Assembly: GCF_043770645.1 (NCBI RefSeq)
Contig: NZ_JAYVHZ010000202.1
DNA from: Undibacterium sp.
GTDB lineage: Bacteria > Pseudomonadota > Gammaproteobacteria > Burkholderiales > Burkholderiaceae_D
Length of the DNA stretch: 53,329 nt
Direction: 5' to 3' (one strand)
Position numbers and translations under genes: made by a program. Below are positions 18,656 through 28,181 of this stretch, one piece after another. Below the pieces are notes generated by a model that had not been told where the DNA came from, did no database searches, and saw nothing but the letters and a program-made list of their open reading frames with translations. Each line of letters begins with the position of its first letter. Position 1 is the stretch's first letter.

Positions 18656-19057
18656 ATGACATATCAAGCTTCAATTGCGACCGTCGCCCTTGTAGTTCGA
18701 GACTATGACGAGGCACTTTCGTATTTCACTGAGGTATTTCGGTTCCAAGTCGTCGAGGACCTTGTCCTCACTCCAGAGAAGCGTTGGCTGGTCGTGGCGC
18801 CCCCTGGGTCTCTGGGGGCTCGGCTGCTCCTAGCAAAAGCATCAACGCCAGAGCAATTGGCACACATCGGGGACCAAACCGGCGGGCGCGTATTTCTGTT
18901 CCTCGAAACGGATGATTTCTGGGAGACTTATGCTCACTTGAAATCCCACGGAGTTACATTTACCGAGGAACCTCGCCAAGAGTCATATGGTACCGTCGTA
19001 GTGCTAGTTGATCTCTACGGCAACAAGTGGGATCTCATCGGGCGCCGACAGCCCTAA
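18656..19057 (+). CDS. VOC/glyoxalase family protein (cassette 6)
   Basis: ALVVRDYDEA, KRWLVVAPPG, GDQTGGRVFLFL, YGTV..DLYGNKWDL. Confidence 0.92.
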   Translation: MTYQASIATVALVVRDYDEALSYFTEVFRFQVVEDLVLTPEKRWLVVAPPGSLGARLLLAKASTPEQLAHIGDQTGGRVFLFLETDDFWETYAHLKSHGVTFTEEPRQESYGTVVVLVDLYGNKWDLIGRRQP

Positions 19058-19110
19058 TCCATTATTTAAGTGGGACACGTTCAAGCGTGCCCTTCATTCA
19101 AACCTTAGCA
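19052..19110 (+). repeat. attC-like site
   Basis: CCCTAAT...GGGACACG-TTCAAG-CGTGCCC...CTTAGCA, 59 bp; the stem has one unpaired base. Confidence 0.7.
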
Positions 19111-19547
19111 AAGTATAGAAAACCAACAAATAGTATTTATCGATACCTGCATCCAGCATTTTGTTTGGTCTGTGATTTTCCGTCAGAAATTGTTGATAAA
19201 AAATTGAATAGAATCTCTCCTGGATCTGGCCAGAACTTCTATCATTGGAGAGATGGATGGTCGGTATAGCTTTTGCTAACAAGACGCCCGATACAGAAAT
19301 TGCGCGAGTTGCCGCTTCAACCTGCTGCAAATCTTCATCACCAACTCTTCGCTTGTAAGGCGTCACGCGCAGCTCATATCATGGTTGAACCGAGCAAGGG
19401 CATGAAATGGCACACCAAATACCCAAGTAATTTCTAGCAAGTCGCTCAAGCTCGCACTCTTCGTGTGCTGTTATATTCCAAAAAACCACAACTTAAAAAC
19501 CAGCGTTGCACTTGGCGTCAAGCGTCGGAGAGAAAGAATAGGCTTTC

Positions 19548-19679
19548 ATGGGAATCGAATACAAAATCAAGTTCACCGTGCCCGACGACTTCAAGTCGTC
19601 CGGGCTGCTTGAAAAGCTTCCCAGTCCAATGTCGCTTAGTGGGACAGCGTGGACATGCGTAAAAAGCCTGCTTCTCTAA
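19548..19679 (+). pseudogene. Truncated small hypothetical gene
   Basis: MGIEYKIKFTVPDDFKSSGLLEKLPSP reads as protein-like sequence and then degenerates. Confidence 0.4.
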
Positions 19680-19690
19680 ATCAAGAATGA

Positions 19691-20185
19691 CTAAAGCAGG
19701 AGTTGCCAGTAACCGACATCAATCCAGCGATCTTGTTTGAAGCCGACTTGTTCAAAGTGCGCGACTTTTTTAAAGCCTAATCTTTCGTGTAATCTGATAC
19801 TGACCTCATTGGGAAGGGCGATGCCGCCAATCACTGCATGGGCTGACATCGCGCTAAGTTCGGTGAGAAGAGCGGTATAGAGCTGTGAGCCTATGCCTTT
19901 ACCGCTGGCGTCGACGGCTAGATAGACGGTCGATTCTAGTGAAAAACGATACGCAGCACGGGCTCTCCACTTAGTCGCATAGGCATAGCCTAGGATGTGA
20001 CCGGATTCCTCCGCGACCAGCCAAGGCAAAGATGCCGTGATCAAATCCGAAATTCGTTCAGACATCTCAGATGTTGATACAGGATCGGTTTCGAAGGTGA
20101 TGCAGGTTGCTGTGACATAGTGGTTGTAAATATCAGCGATGGCGGCGGCATCGTTAACTGTGGCGGGACGAATTGAGATAGTCAT
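19691..20185 (-). CDS. GNAT N-acetyltransferase, phosphinothricin acetyltransferase/ArsN1-like
   Basis: IYNHYV..TCITFE, LPWLVAE, GYAYATKWRARAAYRFSLESTVYL, LPNEVSIRLHERLGF, GFKQDRWIDVGYWQ. Confidence 0.9.
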   Translation of the reverse strand: MTISIRPATVNDAAAIADIYNHYVTATCITFETDPVSTSEMSERISDLITASLPWLVAEESGHILGYAYATKWRARAAYRFSLESTVYLAVDASGKGIGSQLYTALLTELSAMSAHAVIGGIALPNEVSIRLHERLGFKKVAHFEQVGFKQDRWIDVGYWQLLL

Positions 20186-20391
20186 GACGTGAATTGTGAG
20201 TGGATATCAATATCGTTAAGTACGGGTTTGAATTACTAGCGAGTTCTTTATTATTGAGTTTGGCGAATTAACTGTACACGTATCAGATCGCGCCCGTATG
20301 GAGACGACATTTGCCCTGAGGCTTGACGATGCTGAGTCAATCTAGCACCTCATTCAGGCGTATGGCCATGGGGTTGGTGTTTGCGGTTCGT

Positions 20392-20446
20392 GCTAATTCA
20401 CCAATGAGCATCAAGGTTTCACCATGCGGCACAAAAATTGACAAGC
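20392..20446. repeat. 55-bp direct repeat, copy A (remnant of an amidohydrolase 3' end)
   Basis: 50/55 identical to 28182-28236; the minus strand reads ACQFLCRMVKP*. Confidence 0.85.
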
Positions 20447-20538
20447 GGATAGGAAATTCAAGCCACTCACCTCAAGTATTCCACACCTCACCCCTTGTCG
20501 CCAATAGCCAATACATTTCTTGATTCCGGTATCCGTTC

Positions 20539-20964
20539 TTGAACCCCACCGTAGCTGGTGGGGTTATCAAGGAAGTTGAAACACTGGGCTTGCTCGGGAG
20601 CGTTGTCCTTGGAACTGCATTTCTCGCGATCGTTTTTCTGTACTGCCGTGATCTTTATCGGTCACTTTCCTTGGTGCGTCCGAGCGCGCGAAAAGCGTCT
20701 CCACGCAGCGTTTGGCTAATGTTTCTGATTCCCTACAACTTCGTCGAGGATTTCTTCATCATTGTTAATGTCGCGAACTCGCTACGGCAGGAAGCGCAAC
20801 ACAATATTGCGCTTCGTCCGTTCAAGAGCTTTGGCATGGTGCCAGGCATTGGTTGGTGCGCGGCGCAGATTGTATCTTTGCTGCCAAATGAGATCGGTGC
20901 AATCGCGGGCGTGCTGGCCTTACCCCTCTGGATCGCGCACTGGCGACTCATCGGCCGAAAATGA
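20539..20964 (+). pseudogene. Membrane protein, probably truncated at both ends
   Basis: Three to four hydrophobic segments (SVWLMFLIPYN); TTG start without an RBS; ends abruptly after the last TM. Confidence 0.5.
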
Positions 20965-21036
20965 CCGTAAAATCGCCGTCAGCGCTCAAATCGCACCGAA
21001 GGTGCGCTTAATGGAAAACCTCGGTTTAATCTCTGT

Positions 21037-24000
21037 TTAATGTATCTCGCGAATAAAAATAATCGGTGCATTTTTGTACACGCCTAAGGTTTGACGCCCC
21101 AGTCCAGGCAAGTAGGGGAATAAGGAATTGAGGTTAAAGCTGCCTTTGCTTGTAATGACCGGTGGGGTGATTGGTATGAGCAATTTGATCGTGCCGATAC
21201 CGGAGGTCATTGTGACACCCGTGTTGGCGGGGATATTTGTGGCCGTGGTCATGTTGGCCGCTGTGACCCCGCCCGCATGTCCGTTCAGGGAATAATTAGC
21301 TCGTGCCAACGACGTACAGTTGTCCAGTGTATTGGTGACGTAGGCGGAACCGTTCCAATATTGCGCTGCCAAGTTGACGGAAAGCGGTAACAGTTCTGAG
21401 CCATACGCATTTTCAATCCGCATACGACCATAACGAAGTTTTGTACTGCCGTAGAGTATAGTGTTGCTCGCAGTTATAGGTACACCGTTAAGACGTGTGA
21501 TGTTGGCGCCATCTGGGTCAGTAATGACTGTCTTGAGGGCGAAATTATCATAGGGTCCATCCTGTGTGCTGAGCCGATCAAAGCTGTGCAAGAAATTCAC
21601 GCCAGTTGAGGCTGCTGGTATGGGGAGCAAAAGAGGTGGCGTGATAGTGACAGCGACAGGTGTGACGGTATTCATCGTACCGCCAGCCGTCACTTGGTAG
21701 GTGTTGGGATCACCGGAAAACATCAACGAATCTCCATTGAGCACAACGCCTATTCCCAAGAGGTTGATCACGGTCGCTCCTGTGGCATAACCAGCGCCAT
21801 TCGTTGCGACGGAGCGGCCAGAGTTACCATTCGTCCAAAAGTAGCTGGGGAGGTCTGGCGTTAAGCGACTGTTAAGTGGTGAAATGGGTGTGCCGCTTGA
21901 ATCCCCACTCACAACCATGGTGGCAAGGGTCGGGTAACCTGACGTGTAATGATTGAGTGGTACGTCATTGCTGCTCAATGCTGTGGCCAACACGCCGATT
22001 GTTAAATTGGGTTGACCCATATAAGTAAAGCCGTTGCAGGCTGCACCAAGAAAGGCATTGATGGCATAGTGGTCTGGGTAAAAGCGTCCGAATTGGGCGG
22101 AAGCGCTTTGATTGGCAATAATGCAGCCAAATTTTCCGTTGCTGTCGGCAGTATTACTCGAACTACCAGCAACGCAGTCGCTCGGTTGATCCGTGCTTGT
22201 ATAGGTTTGATCCGAGATGCCGCCTGCCTTAATACTAAAGTTGCCGACATCGTCATATTTCATGGTGGCATTGCTGGCCAAGCCTGTGGCAATGGTGGCA
22301 GTACCAATGGGGATGGGGCTAATACCGCCCGTGCTCCCTAAATTTCCTGTGTAGTCAGTCGCACCGACGTGGGTGACAATCTTTTGTCCTAACAGCGTAT
22401 TATCGATCAGCGGTGTGCCGTTGTAACCGGCGACGGCCGTTGCACTGACCGTGAATGGCGCACCCGCGTTGAGTTTGGGTGTACCAGTTTGGGCCGCATT
22501 CGTCATAGTCGAGGCCACCGTCAAGTCACGCGGGCGGATGGCGAAATTGTCTGTTGAGCAGCCAGTGGTCGCCGTGCCACAACTGGCCGCATTGCAGGTC
22601 ACACGGACGCGGACATCACGGTAGGCGCTATAGTTTGGCGCAACGGCACTAAATGCATTGGCCGGGACAGTGATCCCCAATGAATTGCTGCGACCACTGT
22701 TAAACGCGATCGATCCCAAGGGAATGACCGCTGTTTGAGAGACGGGGCAATTATTGGCAGACAGCGCCACCCCGGTATTGGTGTTGACCAAAAGATCGAC
22801 AGTGGCGCTGTTCGAGTAGGTGGTTTCTAAGGTGCCGTCAATTTTGAGTTTGACAAAATCGAGGAGAAAAGCGGTGTTAGCTAATTTCGTCCATAACTTG
22901 GCATAAGCAAAAGACGCGCCGCTGGGGACGCATCGCGTCGCTGTGAGCTCACAGGCATTAAAGCGCGCGGTGAGGCAGGTGGTAATCACTAAGCCGGGGT
23001 CTTCCGATTCTTTGAACTGACCGTCGGTGACGTTGATATTGACCGTCGCAGCAGACGGGTAGTTGAGGCCGAAGACGGCTTGATACTCGCCATTAAATAA
23101 ATAAGTCGCCGCGCCGTCATTGGCGGCACCATTATTGAGCGTGCCGTAGCCACTGATTAGTGTCCAATCACCAATTCCTCCCGCTGTCGTAAGTTGAATT
23201 TGCGTTGTATTGTTAGGCATCGTGATGTTGCCGTGCAAACTGTCGTGCGCGGTGATCGTGACCTGACTTTGCTGACAAGTGAGGCCCGTACCCGCATGTG
23301 AAATGGCGTAGTGACTGAGGCAGCCAGAGGCACCAAGGTTTTGGTCGCGCTGAACTAAGGCTAAGCCCCCCTCAAAATTGTAGATGCGAAATTCATCGAT
23401 GATGCCATTGGTTGAATTGCCGGTGCCAGACGAACCGGTAAAACCGCTACGATTATCACCGATGTATAGCGTGCCGATTTGCGCTGAGATCGTGCCTGTG
23501 GTGGTAAAAGCGCCGGTCGCCTGCAAGACGCCATCGACATAAATGCGCAAACGATCGCTATTGGCTGCGCCTAAGACATTAAAACTCCAACTCACCGCGA
23601 TATGCTTCCAAGTATTGGCAGCGACCGCAATGGCGGCAGTCTCTGCACTGCGTACGTTTCCAAGACTATCTGTGATCACAAAACGCAAATTGCCATTACT
23701 CCGCCGGACTAAGAAAAACCACTGATTGTTGACCACCGTCGCATCAAGCAGTTGGGCATCGACGACACCACCACCTGACCAAGCGGTATTCGATTTGTAC
23801 CAGAAGGTGATCGTTCCTGTGCTACCCACCGTGGACGGCGTGGTGATGCCGGTATTGATCGCATCAATCGTGGCTGCGCTAGCATTATATGGAAAACTGG
23901 CGCCACGACACACTTTGCCATTGGCGATGGTTTGTGGACCGCCGAGTACGGTACCACTACGGCCATTGCCACTGGTATCAAGCACCTGTCCAGCAGCGTT

Positions 24001-24837
24001 CGTCCAGCTCGGTTGCTCCATGCGATATTCAGCAACTGGTTGGGGAATATAGAATTTAATTGCTGTGTTATTCGTCGGAAAACCCGTCGCAACCGTATCA
24101 TAGTCGGTGCTGTCTACATGCCAGCCAACTTGGCCAAGTGAAGCCGACGGGCCATTGACCGAAGTACCATATTGGTAAATAAACTCGCCATTTTCTTGCA
24201 AAATGATTTGTAAGTTGTAGGAACCGACTGGGTTGGAGCCTGTCGTCCATTCCGGGACATTATTCCAGGTCACCACAAAGCTACGATTCGGTGCTGAGCC
24301 TATCGTCGCGTAGCTGATGTAACAGGTGGTGGAACTGAGGCACGGCGTATTGTAGGCAGGAACATCCACTTTATTGGTCGGATCCAGATCATTGCCATAA
24401 ATGCGCATCGTGTAGTTCAGTGACGAGTTGGGGTAGGGTAAGGTTTGCACAGGGCTACCATAACCGCAGGTGAGATTGTTGTTAAATTGAATCCGACCAT
24501 TGGTCATGATTCTGATCGTGCTGAAATTGACGCCCGCATAGGTAAAATTAAATCCGATCGGAATGGCATCGCTCAAGGTATCGTCGGTCGTGGGAGGAGC
24601 GGTTCCGCAACCAGCGGCCGCCGTAAACTTATAGGGCACAGTGTTATAGCCGACCTTGGTATGGGCATTCGCATCGATCCAAGAAAACGGATAAGCCGAG
24701 TTGGCGTAAGTGCCTGCCAACGCTGTTTCACTGGTCAATAGACAACTTAGACAACTGATAATGAGTGCCCACGGTAGAAAGCGTGAAAAAGGGCCTTGCA
24801 TAGGATTCTCCAATTTGTTTATTCTTCCATTATTCAA
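21037..24837 (-). CDS. mshQ: MshQ-like pilus tip adhesin (LamG-like + DUF6701)
   Basis: Signal peptide, LamG-type WKHIAVSW..LRIYVDG..IDEFRIY, DNFAIRP, GRFYPDHY, LRYGRMRIENAYGSELLPL and terminal IFIREI; last gene of the msh minor-pilin operon. Confidence 0.8.
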   Translation of the reverse strand: MNNGRINKLENPMQGPFSRFLPWALIISCLSCLLTSETALAGTYANSAYPFSWIDANAHTKVGYNTVPYKFTAAAGCGTAPPTTDDTLSDAIPIGFNFTYAGVNFSTIRIMTNGRIQFNNNLTCGYGSPVQTLPYPNSSLNYTMRIYGNDLDPTNKVDVPAYNTPCLSSTTCYISYATIGSAPNRSFVVTWNNVPEWTTGSNPVGSYNLQIILQENGEFIYQYGTSVNGPSASLGQVGWHVDSTDYDTVATGFPTNNTAIKFYIPQPVAEYRMEQPSWTNAAGQVLDTSGNGRSGTVLGGPQTIANGKVCRGASFPYNASAATIDAINTGITTPSTVGSTGTITFWYKSNTAWSGGGVVDAQLLDATVVNNQWFFLVRRSNGNLRFVITDSLGNVRSAETAAIAVAANTWKHIAVSWSFNVLGAANSDRLRIYVDGVLQATGAFTTTGTISAQIGTLYIGDNRSGFTGSSGTGNSTNGIIDEFRIYNFEGGLALVQRDQNLGASGCLSHYAISHAGTGLTCQQSQVTITAHDSLHGNITMPNNTTQIQLTTAGGIGDWTLISGYGTLNNGAANDGAATYLFNGEYQAVFGLNYPSAATVNINVTDGQFKESEDPGLVITTCLTARFNACELTATRCVPSGASFAYAKLWTKLANTAFLLDFVKLKIDGTLETTYSNSATVDLLVNTNTGVALSANNCPVSQTAVIPLGSIAFNSGRSNSLGITVPANAFSAVAPNYSAYRDVRVRVTCNAASCGTATTGCSTDNFAIRPRDLTVASTMTNAAQTGTPKLNAGAPFTVSATAVAGYNGTPLIDNTLLGQKIVTHVGATDYTGNLGSTGGISPIPIGTATIATGLASNATMKYDDVGNFSIKAGGISDQTYTSTDQPSDCVAGSSSNTADSNGKFGCIIANQSASAQFGRFYPDHYAINAFLGAACNGFTYMGQPNLTIGVLATALSSNDVPLNHYTSGYPTLATMVVSGDSSGTPISPLNSRLTPDLPSYFWTNGNSGRSVATNGAGYATGATVINLLGIGVVLNGDSLMFSGDPNTYQVTAGGTMNTVTPVAVTITPPLLLPIPAASTGVNFLHSFDRLSTQDGPYDNFALKTVITDPDGANITRLNGVPITASNTILYGSTKLRYGRMRIENAYGSELLPLSVNLAAQYWNGSAYVTNTLDNCTSLARANYSLNGHAGGVTAANMTTATNIPANTGVTMTSGIGTIKLLIPITPPVITSKGSFNLNSLFPYLPGLGRQTLGVYKNAPIIFIREIH

Positions 24838-24860
24838 TTTCGTCGTCAGTCCAATGCCAC

Positions 24861-25340
24861 TTAGAATTCAACTTGCATGACTCGTTGTAAGTAGTCGGGG
24901 TTGTTCGTGGCATTCGGACAGCCAGCAGCGCCATTGGGTTGATTGCAAGCGGTCGAGGTCAATTGCCAGCGTTGCAAACTTCCTGGCCCTGACGTCAAAC
25001 TACAGGTCACCGTCACAGTAAATCCACTCAGTGAGTTACCTGCCGGAAGCGCAAACGTCGTTGTGGCAAAGCATGCGGCCGAGGGTATCGGACGGAGTTG
25101 CCGATACAAACCCCATTCTATGCCTGCACGGGCTGCTTGATATGCACGCGCCCCTTGAACATCAATGGCACTGCTCGATTGGTGGGTAGTTGATACCGCT
25201 ATCATGGCTGCTGCTAAAGCGGCTAAAACCACCAAGAGAAAAATGGCCGCAACCAAGCTCATTCCACGCATCGTTTTGCGTGCGACACAGTGCCTACTGC
25301 GTGGCGTTGTGCTGGGGCGTTGAAGTTTTTGTGGTCTCAT
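24861..25340 (-). CDS. mshP: MSHA biogenesis protein MshP-like
   Basis: RGMSLVAAIFLLVVLAAL prepilin segment without Glu5; GARAYQAARAGIEWG. Confidence 0.85.
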   Translation of the reverse strand: MRPQKLQRPSTTPRSRHCVARKTMRGMSLVAAIFLLVVLAALAAAMIAVSTTHQSSSAIDVQGARAYQAARAGIEWGLYRQLRPIPSAACFATTTFALPAGNSLSGFTVTVTCSLTSGPGSLQRWQLTSTACNQPNGAAGCPNATNNPDYLQRVMQVEF

Positions 25341-26290
25341 GGCGTGTTGTTGATATGAATTTGTTTAATCAGTGTCACGACACCGGTACTGCTGCTGGCG
25401 GCTCCAAAGGTGAGTCGGAGTGTGACCAAACCGCGCTGAACATTGGCAAGGCTGTTAAATAAAAATGCACAATCGGCGACCTGCTCTGCCATTCGCCCCC
25501 TAGTCGCGGTCGATAGTGGTGCCGCGAGAATGCTGATTGGCTGCGCCGCCTGTATGGCATACCCCGAATAACGCGTCAAAGTACCAGTCTTTGCCACGCC
25601 GCCGATCAAGCCATCACAATAGTAAGTTACGGGCGTTGTCACGACTTGAAAGCGCGCAGTAGGCGATCCCATTGACGGTACTTGGTTGACAAAAGGGTTG
25701 TCCGTCATGGTCACCACATTACCGACGATGCTAACGACAGTAGACCGATTACAAAGGCGATTAGGTGACACGCCGGTGCAATTATAAGCGTCGCTAGGAT
25801 CAAATCCTGGACCCAAGTTATAAACCACAATGGAATCTCCAGCGACAATCGTTTGTCTCCCCGAAGGTGGGGTGCCAACGATGTTGAAGGTGTTCGGGTT
25901 GGGGCTCGGTGTTGCCGCTGTAAAGTTGAGAACGCCTGAAAGTCCTAGCCCATCTTCTTCGGCCAAATACCGCCCCCCTGTTTTGGTCAAGAGAAATTCG
26001 AGATATCGGCCATCTGCTGAGATACGGACACTATTGGGCAAAGCCAAGTGTAAGTCGCGTGTGAGGCGATTGGCGGTGATATTGACAGCATCGGTTAATT
26101 CTGCACGAGCGACATTGTCGACGTAGTTTTGTATTGGAACCCGAATAAACAACGCCATCATGGTGGCTACGATGCCTGTCAGGACAATGACGACAATAAG
26201 TTCGACTAAGGTAAAACCGCGCCGCCTGGATATCTCCGGAGGTGGAAATAAATGTCGCTGTGTGCGCGATAATCGTAATCGTTTTTTCAT
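25337..26290 (-). CDS. mshO: MSHA minor pilin MshO-like
   Basis: RGFTLVELIVVI, RLTRDLHLALPNSVR and terminal HINNTP. Confidence 0.85.
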   Translation of the reverse strand: MKKRLRLSRTQRHLFPPPEISRRRGFTLVELIVVIVLTGIVATMMALFIRVPIQNYVDNVARAELTDAVNITANRLTRDLHLALPNSVRISADGRYLEFLLTKTGGRYLAEEDGLGLSGVLNFTAATPSPNPNTFNIVGTPPSGRQTIVAGDSIVVYNLGPGFDPSDAYNCTGVSPNRLCNRSTVVSIVGNVVTMTDNPFVNQVPSMGSPTARFQVVTTPVTYYCDGLIGGVAKTGTLTRYSGYAIQAAQPISILAAPLSTATRGRMAEQVADCAFLFNSLANVQRGLVTLRLTFGAASSSTGVVTLIKQIHINNTP

Positions 26291-26925
26291 GGGAGTGAAG
26301 TGGGTGCGTAGCGAGTACGATAGCCGTCGATGACCACGCTTTCGGCACCGTTCAGATAGCTCACGGTGACCGTGATGCGTAATACGTTCATATTGAGCGC
26401 TGTGCCATCTGCCGGCGTGATAGGAGAACCGGCGGGTCCCAAATTGGCGTCAGGATTGATCGTGACCGTGGCCGTATAGCCAGCGGGTAAGGCGCCACCT
26501 GCTGCGTCGGTCGCATAGACTAAGGGCGTGCCAAAGGTCGCCACATAGTCGCTGACGTTGTCATAAGGACGCGCAACGCCCCCTGCTTCTTGTCCTGCCA
26601 ACTCGGGTTTCGCGCAGGTCGCGGCGGTAGGTGCGGTGTCTGCGATGGGGTCTGTCGGGTCACAAAAGGTAAAGCTTGCGAGCTGTACCTCTTCTAGTAA
26701 GCTCTCCGCAATGGAGATCGCCTGCTTGCGTAATTGCGGGTCAGCGCTTATTTTGGTGGTCAAACTAAAGACTTCCAAAATACCTACCACCGCAACGGTG
26801 ATGATCATAATGGAGATGAGTAATTCAATGAGGGTGACACCGCGCATCCGTGCAACGGACGACAGCTGTTTTGTGCTAGCGACTGCCATTTGATGCGCAT
26901 CGTGCTGTCGTCTAAAAGTGCACAT
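26287..26925 (-). CDS. mshD: MSHA minor pilin MshD-like
   Basis: RGVTLIELLISI, SADPQLRKQAISIAESLLEEV, YDNVSDY, GYRTRY; start placed at MCTF, which overlaps the upstream gene. Confidence 0.82.
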   Translation of the reverse strand: MCTFRRQHDAHQMAVASTKQLSSVARMRGVTLIELLISIMIITVAVVGILEVFSLTTKISADPQLRKQAISIAESLLEEVQLASFTFCDPTDPIADTAPTAATCAKPELAGQEAGGVARPYDNVSDYVATFGTPLVYATDAAGGALPAGYTATVTINPDANLGPAGSPITPADGTALNMNVLRITVTVSYLNGAESVVIDGYRTRYAPTSLP

Positions 26926-27484
26926 AACCCGTCTCTGGTTCCACATAAATATCATGATTGTTACCATCACCCGTTATTCTAATGCGAAGTAGCGCGAAGC
27001 TCGAGACCGGTGTTGGAGAAACGTCAGCCGCCGCAAATGGTTTTCCCAGCGCATCAAAATAAAAATAGCTGATACTCGGGCTCAAAGTATAACTAATGCC
27101 CGTTGGTAAACCTTCACAATTCCACGTGCTGACATTATTGCAGGCCGCGAGTGTGTTGGACGTTTCACTATTTTTTAATGCGGGTGTGGCAACTTGATTG
27201 TCTACAGTGCAATTAGGAAAACTTCCATCCGATGGATAATTGAAACACATGGCAATGCTGGCGCCATCGAGCCGTACATAGACTGGGCGGTTTTGGGCGA
27301 TCGCTAACTTTTGTCCATACCGCAGCATCAATTGTGTTCTATCGACAAAGGTGCGTGCATCAAAAGATTGCCGGTCAAGAGAACGAGAAACGCCGATGCC
27401 ACCCAAGATCGCGATTAAGACTATCACGATGATGAGTTCAGCTAAGGTAAAACCAGCTTGCTTCGTTAAACCTGCCTTCCTCAT
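26912..27484 (-). CDS. mshC: MSHA minor pilin MshC-like
   Basis: AGFTLAELIIVI, LRYGQKLAIAQ, FDALGKP and terminal VEPETGYVH. Confidence 0.8.
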   Translation of the reverse strand: MRKAGLTKQAGFTLAELIIVIVLIAILGGIGVSRSLDRQSFDARTFVDRTQLMLRYGQKLAIAQNRPVYVRLDGASIAMCFNYPSDGSFPNCTVDNQVATPALKNSETSNTLAACNNVSTWNCEGLPTGISYTLSPSISYFYFDALGKPFAAADVSPTPVSSFALLRIRITGDGNNHDIYVEPETGYVHF

Positions 27485-28181
27485 GCGTTTCTCCAATTGG
27501 TGTTTTCTTTATGGGCAAAAAGATCGTGGGTAGGCCAGAATTTCCTACGCTATTCTTATCGTAGTTCCATTTTAAATGGAAACCAGTTCTCAACGTAACA
27601 ACCAACGGTGTTTCGGGCAACCTGCTGCAGGAGAACTAGGGAAAACTGGGGAACAAATGGATATGGCGCAATGACTTCAGTTATCACAGGTATCTATAGT
27701 GCCTATTTCCATTCAAATGTCAAGCTAGGTTCTATATCGATGAGCTAATGATGCCCCTACCCGAACTGCAGCACTTGTCAATCCTTAATCCGAGATTTTG
27801 CATTAGGCGCACCTTCGGTGCTTTTTGAGCATTGACGGCTATTTTGCGGTCATTTTAGGCTGATTTCATAATGGATGATGCAGGTCTATCATTCCATCTA
27901 ACCGCGCACGAAAAAAATCAGGAATCGTCATCTAATTTACCTCATTAAAACTCTCAGCAATTGCCGTCTATCTTAGCAATTATTGTGTGTTCCTACGGTG
28001 CTTTATTGCGGGCATTTCCTTGTCAGTGTTAGTTCTTGGTGATTTTGCAGGGTTGATTATCTAGTTGTCATTTGACGGTTTTTTTTTGAGAAGACTGATC
28101 GCTGGTCGTCAGATTCACAACAACATTTGTAGCAAATTGATTTGCCGCTGGCAATGGGGATAAAGGACGCCAAAGCTGTGG

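Larger units (their letters stand above)
15845..19110 (+). mobile_element. Degenerate integron gene-cassette array without integrase in the window (CALIN-like)
   Basis: Six small co-oriented genes, each preceded by a GTTRRRY-like core. Five are followed by a near-complementary RYYYAAC-like site, with attC-like spacers between genes. Confidence 0.8.

Noticed and set aside
15845-19110. CRISPR array or toxin-immunity (Rhs orphan) array as an explanation for the small-gene run
   Set aside because: There are no identical repeats with short spacers and no Rhs/DPxG cores; the brackets fit attC core geometry instead.
22002-24741. Numerous short antisense or overlapping ORFs inside mshQ (likewise inside the acylase, kinase and reductase genes)
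   Set aside because: Shadow ORFs of long, well-supported genes.
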